From an uncultured bacterium (GTDB lineage: Bacteria; Bacteroidota; Ignavibacteria; OLB7), in assembly GCA_966128725.1 (NCBI GenBank), contig CBHYLN010000002.1, positions 23,711 through 87,710 on the forward strand: a DNA stretch of 64,000 nucleotides, in the 5' to 3' direction. Positions 39,590 to 49,100 of the stretch are shown here, one piece after another. The translations under genes were made by a program, and so were the position numbers. Numbering within the stretch: the stretch's first letter is position 1; each line of letters starts with the position of its first letter. The notes beneath the pieces are model-generated. The model did no database searches. It was not told where the DNA came from and saw only the letters and a program-made list of their open reading frames with translations.

Positions 39590-40477
39590 TCAGATGTTGG
39601 GATGCTGGTCGCCGATGAAGGCGGTGATGGCGGAAAAATCTTGGTCACCCAATCCCGCGCGCTTTGCCATCGAGTACAGCTCTTTGACGGCCCCACCAAT
39701 CGGGAGCGCGGCGCCGTACTCGAACGCGGCTTCGGACGCCATGTGGAGATCCTTGTGCATCCATCGCAGGGGGAAATCCGTTGCATAGTCACCTGTTGTG
39801 ATCTTCGCAACCTTCGCGCCAATAAACGGCGCCACAAGCGGACCGTTGATCAGCGTTTGCAGGAGTTGTTCGGTGGAAAGGCCCATCGATTCACCGAAGG
39901 CAAGGGCTTCGGCGAACGCCGCCATCGAAGCGGCAAGCAGCAGGTTCAGCACCAGCTTCATGGCATTTCCCCTGCCGTGCTCGCCGGCATGTGTAATCCG
40001 AGTTCCCATGCACTCCAGCAGCGGGCGGCAGGCTTCGACGTCGGCCTCGGCGCCCCCAACAAGAAATGTCAGTTCCCCTCGCATTGCCGGTTGGCGTGTG
40101 CCGGCGACAGGAGCTTCCAGATATCGAACGCCGTGTGCGGCCGCCTGCCGGGCCATCTGGATGGCAAATGTCGGGTTGCATGTGCTGCAATCAACCCATA
40201 ACGCTCCCGGCTGCATGGCGGGCAGGAAGCCGTTCGGGCCAAGCGCCATCTGGTGCACGGCGCCTGGATCGGCCAACATCGTGAACACGATATCCACGCC
40301 CGTTGCCGCATCCGCGGGCGATTGGGCGACTCCTGATGCGCTGATTGCGCCGTCGCGCACCAACGCCTCGGCCTTTGCACGATCGCGATTGAATACCGAA
40401 AGCGTGTGTCCCTTCCGTGCCAGATTGGCGGCCATGTTGCCGCCCATGATCCCCAGTCCGATAAAGCCCAGTTTCAT
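39590..40477 (-). CDS. NAD(P)-dependent 3-hydroxyisobutyrate dehydrogenase-family oxidoreductase
   Basis: MKLGFIGLGIMGGNMAANL Rossmann start and the HIBADH/6PGDH-like C-terminal domain. Confidence 0.85.
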   Translation of the reverse strand: MKLGFIGLGIMGGNMAANLARKGHTLSVFNRDRAKAEALVRDGAISASGVAQSPADAATGVDIVFTMLADPGAVHQMALGPNGFLPAMQPGALWVDCSTCNPTFAIQMARQAAAHGVRYLEAPVAGTRQPAMRGELTFLVGGAEADVEACRPLLECMGTRITHAGEHGRGNAMKLVLNLLLAASMAAFAEALAFGESMGLSTEQLLQTLINGPLVAPFIGAKVAKITTGDYATDFPLRWMHKDLHMASEAAFEYGAALPIGGAVKELYSMAKRAGLGDQDFSAITAFIGDQHPNI

Positions 40478-40611
40478 GCTGTTCGATTGTTCGGTGTACG
40501 AAGCATCGCCGGCGTGGCGATATAAGCGGGGAAGTTAGGCGGTGTGGCGGCTGGCTGCCTTATCAAATGCTAGGAAGTGAAATGCGGCGATGCGCATGCG
40601 CACAGCCGCAT

Positions 40612-41238
40612 TCATGCAGCGTCCGGTGGATTGATCGGTGTGGCGGCTGTGGCAATCCCACGGCGGACGCGCGACAGCGAGACATCGGTGATGCCCAGGT
40701 ACGACGCAATATGGTACAGCGGAATCCGTGCATGCAGATCCGGGAAGTTGGCCACGAAATCGTTATACCGCTCGGTTGCGTCCTGATGCAGCAGGCTGCG
40801 CGTGCGAAGCTCCTTGCCGAGCAACAACCACTCGGCCAACAGGCGCCCCAGGCGGTCGAACGCTGGATGGCGATCGAACAACGCCACGAATTCACCGTAG
40901 GGCGCCTTCAGTATCAAGGTCGGTTCCAGCGCCTGCACGCCGTACATCAGCGGGCGGTTAAGCCGATAAGCGGCCAGCGAGCCGGCAAACGTGTGTTCGG
41001 CCACGAATGCCTTGTTCCACTCGGCCCCGTTGGCGCCTACATAGTAGAAGCGCAGCAGGCCGTGGCACACGAAGTAGATATAGTGGGTGGTTGCGCCCGG
41101 CAGTACGACATGTTCGCGGGCAGCATATCGGTGCTCGGTGAAGATCGCGGCAAGGTGCGGCCATTGCTCGCCGGGCATTTGGGTCCATTGCTCAACGGCG
41201 TTCCGGAGGAGGTGATATGGGGCCATTGCGTTGTGCAT
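40612..41238 (-). CDS. Crp/Fnr-family transcriptional regulator
   Basis: cNMP-binding beta-roll followed by a C-terminal HTH (IPLYHIASYLGITDVSLSRVRR). Confidence 0.8.
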   Translation of the reverse strand: MHNAMAPYHLLRNAVEQWTQMPGEQWPHLAAIFTEHRYAAREHVVLPGATTHYIYFVCHGLLRFYYVGANGAEWNKAFVAEHTFAGSLAAYRLNRPLMYGVQALEPTLILKAPYGEFVALFDRHPAFDRLGRLLAEWLLLGKELRTRSLLHQDATERYNDFVANFPDLHARIPLYHIASYLGITDVSLSRVRRGIATAATPINPPDAA

Positions 41239-41340
41239 GCCACTGCATTTCAGGCAGTTGAGCCGGGAATAGTACCCCGGGGACAGAGCATCCGAGATGA
41301 TGTGCTGTGCCCGGGGCGTCTGAGAGGGCTGGTCTGTTGC

Positions 41341-41910
41341 TCAGTCCGCCAGCAGCGTTCGAACGCGCATCAGGGCAAACCCGAGCAGATTCTCACCCAG
41401 CCATTGCCGTGGTTCGGTTGCGGCCGGGTCGTCCTGAGCCAATCCTATTCCCCAGATCCGATCCACGGGACTGGCCTCAACCAGAATTGCCGTGCCGGTG
41501 GAACAGAGAAATCGTCGCAGAGGCTCATTCTGGTCAAATTTCGCCGCATTACCGCGTACAACCAGGGAGAATCGTTCGGCACCCCATTGCTCCTCGCGGA
41601 ATCCGCGAACCTGCCGTCCCAGGCTTTTGGCTTCGCCTGGCGTGGCCGCCTGCATGATCTTCTCGCGCGTGTCGCGATCGTTGAACATACGCGCCTTCTC
41701 GGCCATCATGAAGTGTTCCGCCGAACGATATCGAGTGCCATCCACCGTAAACTCGGCTGGCCACCACTGCGAAAGGCAGCCTTTGCCGATACTGCCGTCC
41801 GGTTGTGGGGCGTGGCCCCAAAAAAGACAGTAGTTTGGCCGTAGTCCGCTCTCTATTGCGCTAACAAGTGCCGGTACATCCTGTATCGCATCATACTCAC
41901 TCAACGTCAT
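41341..41910 (-). CDS. NADAR-family protein (YbiA-like, DUF1768)
   Basis: 189 aa with conserved ...FWGH... and SAEHFMMAEKARMF... blocks. Confidence 0.8.
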   Translation of the reverse strand: MTLSEYDAIQDVPALVSAIESGLRPNYCLFWGHAPQPDGSIGKGCLSQWWPAEFTVDGTRYRSAEHFMMAEKARMFNDRDTREKIMQAATPGEAKSLGRQVRGFREEQWGAERFSLVVRGNAAKFDQNEPLRRFLCSTGTAILVEASPVDRIWGIGLAQDDPAATEPRQWLGENLLGFALMRVRTLLAD

Positions 41911-42345
41911 ATCTCCGTTTTTCGCGCAAAAAGCGTGTTAGCCGATTCGCTGAACGATTCATGCATCGTAAGCGATGGAGGGTAAACATACGATGCCGCC
42001 GTGGTTGCGCACAGTCCGTTTCGCAGTCTGCCTGCCCAAATGCGTCGGTGCAGGTGCCTTTCCGGGCCAAATTTCGGTATTGAAGGAGTCTAATTGTTCG
42101 GGGCGGTGGGTCGTGCTGCGACATTTCGCGCGAACGTTGGTCTTATCTCTCGGTGTGCAAATCGTACTCGCCGCACACACCCCATGCGGCGATACGGGTT
42201 CCATACTGAGAGGAAACCTGATATCTTCTGTTGCCGAGTTGGTACGGCATCAGTAGCTCTACAGGAAGGGGGGAGTTTCGTGCAGACATTTCCTTATGGT
42301 CGGTAAGCGGCGGCAGCCGCATTCTGTGGCCATTTTCGTTCACAC

Positions 42346-43029
42346 GTGTCAGCGATGCGAAAAGCGGAACACTATACTCCAGATGCTGCCTCGGCTGCGC
42401 GGGATTCGCGTGATGAGGCTTTGTTCGCACGGTTTGTAGCCGGCGACGAGCGAGCATTCAAGGAGTTATACTCTCATTACGAGCGTCCGCTGATCCTTTA
42501 CTGCCGTCACATGCTCTCCACGGAACAGGAGAGCCAGGATGTATTCCAGGAAGTTTGGCTTCGTGTGATACGCATCCGGACACGCGGCGAACGAGTGGAG
42601 AGATTCCGCGCGATGCTCTTTACAATCGCTCGCAATGCGGCGATCAATCATCTTCGAAATCGTCAACACGCTCAGTACCCTGTCTCACTAAGCCAGGTGA
42701 ACATCGAGAGCAACCCCGCTCTCGCGACGAGCGAAAACTTCGACGAGATGGAAGATCTGGTTAATCGGGCGTTGAAGCGGCTTCCCGACTCTCAGCGTGA
42801 AGCGTTTGTGCTCCATTCGATGCTGGGATATACGTTCCAGGAGATTGCCGATATGCAGGGCGTGACGATGACCGGGGCGAAAACCCGCGCATTCCGAGCT
42901 CGCTGCTACCTGCGCACCCTATTGTCGAACTGGCTCGGGTTGGCCGAGGATGCCGATGACAATGTCACCGCGTCCAAGCCATCCGAACAATCACCCCAAT
43001 TTGAGTCAGAAGATCATGAAAACGGCTGA
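42346..43029 (+). CDS. RNA polymerase ECF-type sigma factor (sigma-70 regions 2 and 4)
   Basis: LYCRHMLSTEQESQDVFQEVWLRV (region 2) and EIADMQGVTMTGAKTRAFRARCYLR (region 4 HTH). The start is GTG 42346 or ATG 42355. Confidence 0.85.
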   Translation: MSAMRKAEHYTPDAASAARDSRDEALFARFVAGDERAFKELYSHYERPLILYCRHMLSTEQESQDVFQEVWLRVIRIRTRGERVERFRAMLFTIARNAAINHLRNRQHAQYPVSLSQVNIESNPALATSENFDEMEDLVNRALKRLPDSQREAFVLHSMLGYTFQEIADMQGVTMTGAKTRAFRARCYLRTLLSNWLGLAEDADDNVTASKPSEQSPQFESEDHENG

Positions 43030-43783
43030 CCTCATATCGTCCTTTCTGAACAATGAGATGACTCTGGAACAGGAGCGCCAGTTCCTGCTCTCGGTGGCCG
43101 CAAGCGATTCGCTTCGGTTATCGTTGAAATCTCAGTTCATGCTCGATCGGATTGTCTCCGATCAGGTGCTTCACGCACATGTGCCGGAGCCGCTCCGCGC
43201 ATCAATCTTTGCGCAGGCGGCTGCTGTGTCGGTGCCTGCGCATTCCATCTCCAGCAGTATTCCGTCGGAACCCGCGGCCGAATCGCGCATTGCGCGGTTG
43301 TTTGGTCGTGCCGCGATGATGGCGGTTCTTGTTGTTGGTGGGTACGCCGCGGGATATTTCTCGCAAGCCTCGCCCGAAGCCAGCGGTATGCCGGCGGCAA
43401 ATGCACCGGCAGTGACCACCCCCGCGCAATCGTTGCCGGCGGTGGCCCCACAGGTCGATCCGGCAACGTCGGCAGCGCCTGATGCCGAGCCTGTGCAAGC
43501 CAAGGCGGCACAGGCGGTCGAACCGGGTCATCGCGTCGCCAATCGCACCGCGACGGTGTCGCGGCCGGAGCATCGTGTGGATGCCGCGCCTGCGGCCGGT
43601 GTGCAGGCCAATACCGAGCCTGCAACCAATGCAACGGGCACCACGGTTAACGCCGACGGCAGTAATGGCGCCGAGCACAGCCCGCAGGGGAGTGCCCGGT
43701 TCCAGCAAACAATTACGAAGCCTTCCAAGTCGCCTGATCAGGGCTCCGTTACACAACAGCCAAGGAGCCCCCAGACTCCATGA
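43017..43783 (+). CDS. Putative anti-sigma factor (single TM, Pro/Ala-rich periplasmic tail)
   Basis: ATG at 43017 gives MKTADLISSFLNNEMTLEQERQFLL...; TM AAMMAVLVVGGYAAGYF. Overlaps the sigma factor gene by 13 nt and the next gene by 4 nt. Confidence 0.55.
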
Positions 43784-45948
43784 GCGATGGCCCCACGTTT
43801 TGGGGGTGGCGTTGGGAATCCGTGCTGAGTCGTCTCATTCTGCTTTGCGCGCTTGTAGTCTCACCCCTGGCTCAGTCGCTGGCGCAGCCTTTGTCTCCGG
43901 CACCCGACATCGATCGGGTGCCGGATAGTTCGTTGATAGGCCCTGCTGTTCGCCTCGGTATCGTGCCTATGCTGGGAATGGTGCAACAGCTTGCCTCGTT
44001 CGACCGCTGTACCGTTGGCGCATCGTGTGGCGCATACCAAGCCACTTCCCGCGGCGAGCTAGGCATCGCCGTTCGTCTGGAAATGCCGTTTCGTATCCAC
44101 CCCAACATTCTTGCAACTGCCTCGCTTGCCTACGCGCGTAATGCGCTGGAATTGCTTACCCCGATCGATTCAGCGCTGGAAGGGCGGCGCCCGGATAACA
44201 CGGCAACCTGGATTACCAAGCAAACCAGCCTGCGGGCTTCGATGCCGTCGTTTTCAGTAGGGGTTGGCCTGGCTTTTGAACCCGTCCGTGGGTTGCGGTT
44301 TGGGCTTAAGCAGAACGTGAGCATTGTCAACACGGCGCGCCCAACCGTGGAGCAAATGCTTCTAGGTCCGGAGGAGGCTGTGTTCGCGGCCACGGGAACC
44401 GATCGAGCGCCGTTGGAGAATGCGAACGAGCCGGTGTTCAGGGCAGTGGTGCCGCGTGGTGCGCTGTGGGCTGGTTGGCAATTGCCGATCGGTTCGCGCT
44501 TCTCGCTGCAGCCCTCCGCCGGCATGGAGTTTACCGAATCGTCGATTGCCTCGAATGTTTCATGGTATGAAGTCGGGTTCGGCGCAGGTCTTGGGCTGGT
44601 CATCGATCTTGGCCCAAAGCCTGTGGACGCGGTGCCAGTGCCGGTTATAGCCGAGATTGGGCGCCAGGCTTCGGACACCGTCCGTCCGATCCAGCCGGCC
44701 AGGGATACCGTGGTGCCGGTTGTACCACCGAAGTACATCCTGCGTGCCAGCGTTGTTGTCAAGGGTATCGACGCGAAAGGGAACGAATACGATGATCCGG
44801 TGATCGAAATTGAGGAATCGCCCTGGAGCGAATCGGTGCCGGTGTTGCCGTTCATCTTTTTCGACAGCGCCGACGCGACAATTCCATCGCGGTACGTCCA
44901 ACTCGACGAGTTCTCGCCCCCGGAGCGCTTTCATGTGGATTCGCTGGCGGCAATCTCGCCTTTGAACATTCATTGGCAGATGTTGAACGTTGTTGGCGAG
45001 CAGTTGCGGGCCAACCCACGGCAACGACTGACGATTGCCGGCACAACCGCGGGCGATGAGCAGGGGGGCGATGCAACCCTTGGTGCCAGGCGGGCGCAGG
45101 CGGTGCAGCGTTACCTGATCGACCGGTGGCGGATCGATCCAAAACGTATAACCGTGACTGTGCTTGCACATCCTTCGTCTCCATCAAATGAATTGACCCG
45201 CGAAGGCCGCGCCGAAAACCGACGTGTGGAGCTGCGATTTGATGTTGGTGAACTGAGCCGCCCAATCCTGATTCGCCGGTTGGCCACCGTTGCGTCGCCG
45301 CCAGCGGTACAGTTCTATCAGAACATCGAGGCGGACACGGACATCGTTTCATCGTATGTGGTGGTTGAGCAGGGAGGCAAGGAACTGCTGCGCTTCGTTG
45401 GCAGCAACGACACCGGGCCGAAACCGCAGCAGAAGTTCTGGTCACTTGGCGACATGCGCGTCAACCGCGACCTGACGCCCATTCGTTATCGCTCGGTTAT
45501 TCGCGATGCGGTTGGGCAGGAGGTGGTGACCGAGGGTTCGTTTCGTGTGCTGGAACGCGCAACCCGTCGCCCAGAAGAACGCAAGGCGGAGCTGATCGAG
45601 TTCAACATTGTTGGCTTCGAGTTCAATTCCGCGGAACTGCGTCCGCAGCATTTTGTGCAACTGGAGGAGGTCGCCAAGGTTCTGACCTCGGGTGCGGATG
45701 TGTCGATTACCGGCTTTACCGATCGTACGGGTGATCCGGGTGGCAATGTGCAGTTGTCGCAGGCGCGCGCGCGCGCGGTGCTCGGGGCCTTGCGAACGAT
45801 GCGCGAACGCGCTGGTGAATCGATGCCGACCAAGCTCTCGGTGGTGGGATTGGGAAGCGATCAGCAGGCATATGATAACGATTTGCCGGAGGGGCGCCTG
45901 CTATCGCGCATGGTTCGTGTAACCGTGGCCCGTCAGTCGCGACGATAG
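43780..45948 (+). CDS. OmpA-family protein with two C-terminal OmpA-like peptidoglycan-binding domains and a large N-terminal (beta-barrel-like) region
   Basis: Two OmpA-like blocks (TIAGTTAGDEQGGDATLGARRAQAVQRYLI, and ITGFTDRTGDPGGNVQLSQARARAV ...R). Co-transcribed with the sigma/anti-sigma genes. Confidence 0.7.
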   Translation: MSDGPTFWGWRWESVLSRLILLCALVVSPLAQSLAQPLSPAPDIDRVPDSSLIGPAVRLGIVPMLGMVQQLASFDRCTVGASCGAYQATSRGELGIAVRLEMPFRIHPNILATASLAYARNALELLTPIDSALEGRRPDNTATWITKQTSLRASMPSFSVGVGLAFEPVRGLRFGLKQNVSIVNTARPTVEQMLLGPEEAVFAATGTDRAPLENANEPVFRAVVPRGALWAGWQLPIGSRFSLQPSAGMEFTESSIASNVSWYEVGFGAGLGLVIDLGPKPVDAVPVPVIAEIGRQASDTVRPIQPARDTVVPVVPPKYILRASVVVKGIDAKGNEYDDPVIEIEESPWSESVPVLPFIFFDSADATIPSRYVQLDEFSPPERFHVDSLAAISPLNIHWQMLNVVGEQLRANPRQRLTIAGTTAGDEQGGDATLGARRAQAVQRYLIDRWRIDPKRITVTVLAHPSSPSNELTREGRAENRRVELRFDVGELSRPILIRRLATVASPPAVQFYQNIEADTDIVSSYVVVEQGGKELLRFVGSNDTGPKPQQKFWSLGDMRVNRDLTPIRYRSVIRDAVGQEVVTEGSFRVLERATRRPEERKAELIEFNIVGFEFNSAELRPQHFVQLEEVAKVLTSGADVSITGFTDRTGDPGGNVQLSQARARAVLGALRTMRERAGESMPTKLSVVGLGSDQQAYDNDLPEGRLLSRMVRVTVARQSRR

Positions 45949-46161
45949 ACACGTGTGCGAACACGGAATAGCGGTTTTTGAGCAAAAAATGACGATTCGT
46001 TGCCGCCGCGGCATTCGAATTCGTGGCGGATCAACCTTGTTTCGCGCAGATGATTTAGCGATCTTAACGGAGATTGCGTTGGTGTATGGTTCCCCCCCGT
46101 ATCCCTGCGTGTCGTTCCGGCGTATCGAATCGACAAACAATGCTGTACACACGCTTGCAAA

Positions 46162-49100
46162 GTGCGTTACGCCAATACCGATACTGCTGAAAACCGTGAT
46201 ATCTCTGGTCTGATACGACGCCTCTCGCGCCGTGTTCTCCTGAGTGTTGTGGCCTTGCTATTGCTGGTCGCCGCGAACGCCGGTGCGCAGAATGGCCGGT
46301 GGGATTGGTCGGCGGTAACGTATCGTGGCCCATCGAAGCATGGAACGCGTCTGTTCGTGGATCGTTGGGGCCATACGCATGTTGTGTGGGTAGCGCAGTC
46401 GATTTGGTCCTCCTTGAGCGACTGGAATTCGCAGGACCCGAATAATTCTCGTGCCGGCTATCAGCTGTTCTACAGTTCGGATGCATCGGGGGTTTTCAGT
46501 GCTCCCATCCAGGCAACAGAAGCGGTCACTTCCGGCAGCCTGTTTCTTCGGACCAATCAGCCGGCGCCGGTAGTGTTTCAGATTGACCAGCAAGGTGCCG
46601 TGCATCTTGCATACCTGGCGAACTCCGATGGCCATCCCAGCCTGTTTTATACCTCGAATGCGTTGGGGGCTGGTACGATGGGGCAGAACGTGCGCCGCCA
46701 GTTCATCACCGATAAGCCACCGATTACCGATCTCGCGCTCAGCACGGATACCCTTGGGTTCGACATGGCCGTCGACACGCTCGGCTCGGCGCACTTCACG
46801 TGGGTGGAGTGGGTTGGCTCGGTGGCCAAGGTGTATTACACTTCCCCGCGTGAATTCTGGCAGCCGCTGCAGGTTGCGGAGTTCGAGTGTTCGGGGATGA
46901 CGGGAGCATGCCGTGTAGGCAAGCCGGATATCGAAGTTGACCGGCGAGGCCGGGCAGTGATCGTGGTTCGGAACGTGGTCAAGGGAGCGGGTGGGATTCG
47001 GCTGATTCGCCAAAACAAGCCGGGCGTGTTCGATACTCCGCGGTGGCTTCAGGCCTTCCCCTATGGTGATGTACTTGATGGGGCCGCGGCGTCCGATCTT
47101 CGTGTGCGGATGGCGATCGATTCCTCCAACCGCATTCATCTCGTGCTTCCATACGTTGACCGCTCGACCCCGGGCCGTAATCGGTTGCTGTATGTGATGG
47201 CCGATACCACTTCGCGCGATTCGGCGCTGGCCAATGATCCGGCAAACGTTATCGGCGATGCACGTCCGCTGACCGATGCTCCTCTGGATGCCGCACCACT
47301 CGATTTTGATATCTCCTACAACGCTGGCGACAGAATCGTGGTTGGCTGGACAACGCGAACCACCGGCGCGCCGGTTCGTATTGGATTCGCCGAATTGGCA
47401 CCGGCGGGCCAGCTCCCGGTGCCAGCATGGCAAACAACGGCCTTCAGCATGGATGCGCTTGGGCGCTTCGGCTCCAATGCGCCGTTATGGAAAGATGAGA
47501 TTCGTGTCGGCATGTCGGGCGATCGTATTGTGCTGGGCGGTCTCCACGAGCCGCGCAACGCTGCTCCTTCGGAAAAGGGTGTTTCGCATGTGGCAATCGT
47601 GCGCCGCACCTCGATCGCGCCCCGCATCCGCTACATTCATCCCGATGCCGCTGCGCCGGGGATGAACGTTGGCGTTGAGGTATTCGCTCATACCGATGAG
47701 CGTGGAAGTTTCGGTCGCGATACGCTGGGTGGCGCTGCGGTGGAGCTTGCCAATCCCGGGGATGCGGCCCGTGTTATTGTTGGCCCAACGGTTGTCAGCT
47801 GGGACGGGCGTCTCGCTTCGGCGATGATCTTCGTGAAGCCTGGGGCTGCTGCTGGTCCGGTTCCGCTTCGCGTCCGGGTTGGATCGTCAATCAGCAATGT
47901 TGATACGTTCTACGTTGTTAACCCAAGCCATGTTGGCAACCTCTCCGGCGGCGGTTTCATTGCTGCCCCGCGCTCGCGCCGTGGGGTAATGGTTGTTGAT
48001 TCGCTTATCCTGTCGGCAGGGGTCTTCAAAATCGATACCGCCGATACCGATCCGTTGACGCCCGGCAATCAGGGATTTCTGCCGGTGACGATTCTCGCCA
48101 GCGGGCCGGTTCGGATCGAGACGAACGCAACGCTCAGCGTTTCCGCCTTTGTGGATCCCATCCGCAAAGTCACCTATGCCGGCCCTGGCGGTGGCGGTGG
48201 TGGCACGGGCGGTCTGTTGACCGGCGGCTCCGGCTATACTGGCGGTGGCGGTGTTGTGTTCCAAAATGGCAGATGGCTGATGGGCAACAGCACCGGCGCT
48301 GGCAGCGAACACTCCGGTTTCTGGAATGGCGGCGGCGGGCTTAACGGAGTGCCGGGTGGAATCTCATTTTTTGAGGCACCGTCAGGTGGCGGAACTGGGC
48401 ACCCGTTTGGCGCTTCGGGTCTTTTCGGCCAGATACTTCCAACCATGCCGGTTGAGCGTGACACCGGCGGCTATGCCGGCGGAACTGCCGGGGGCAATGT
48501 TTATCTGGTTTCCATCAACAGTAATGTTGCAGCCGGCGGTGGTGGTGGCGGTAATGCCTCCAATGGCGTCAAGGGCAGCGACAACAGCGGCTTGAACCAC
48601 GACAATGCCGGTCGTGCGGTCGGTAGCCGGCAACTGGTGCCGTTCGCCGGCGGATCCGGTGGCGGCGGCGGCGCATCCTCGGCGTTGCAATCAAACGGTG
48701 GTTCCGGCGGTGGTGCCATTTCGATCGTATCGTTCGGTGGTATCAGCGTGTTCGGCGCCATCACCGCCGATGGGTGTGATGGTATCGGCGGTTCCAATCG
48801 CGACGCGGGTGGTGGCGGTGGCTCGGGTGGATCGATCATGCTTGCCGCGGTCGATTCGGTGTTTATCGGCCCGCTGGCGCAACTCTCGGTCAATGGTGGC
48901 AACGGTGGGCGCTCGGAGCTTCCTGGTGCGCATGGTGGCGCCGGCGGTATTGGGCGGATCCGTGTGGACGGGCGTGTTGCCGGTGGCGGGGCGATTGACC
49001 TTAGGAACTACAACACATTCAACGGACCGGGCGGCCCAAGCGGTTCCTCGATGCAGGCCCGGCAGTACTCGGTGATTACCGGCTATGCCACGCCCGACAG

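Noticed and set aside
48180-48970. Repetitive GGTGGCGGCGG-type DNA inside the giant gene (initially checked as a possible CRISPR or tandem array)
   Set aside because: Repeats are imperfect, in-frame and encode Gly-rich protein repeats. No spacer-repeat periodicity.
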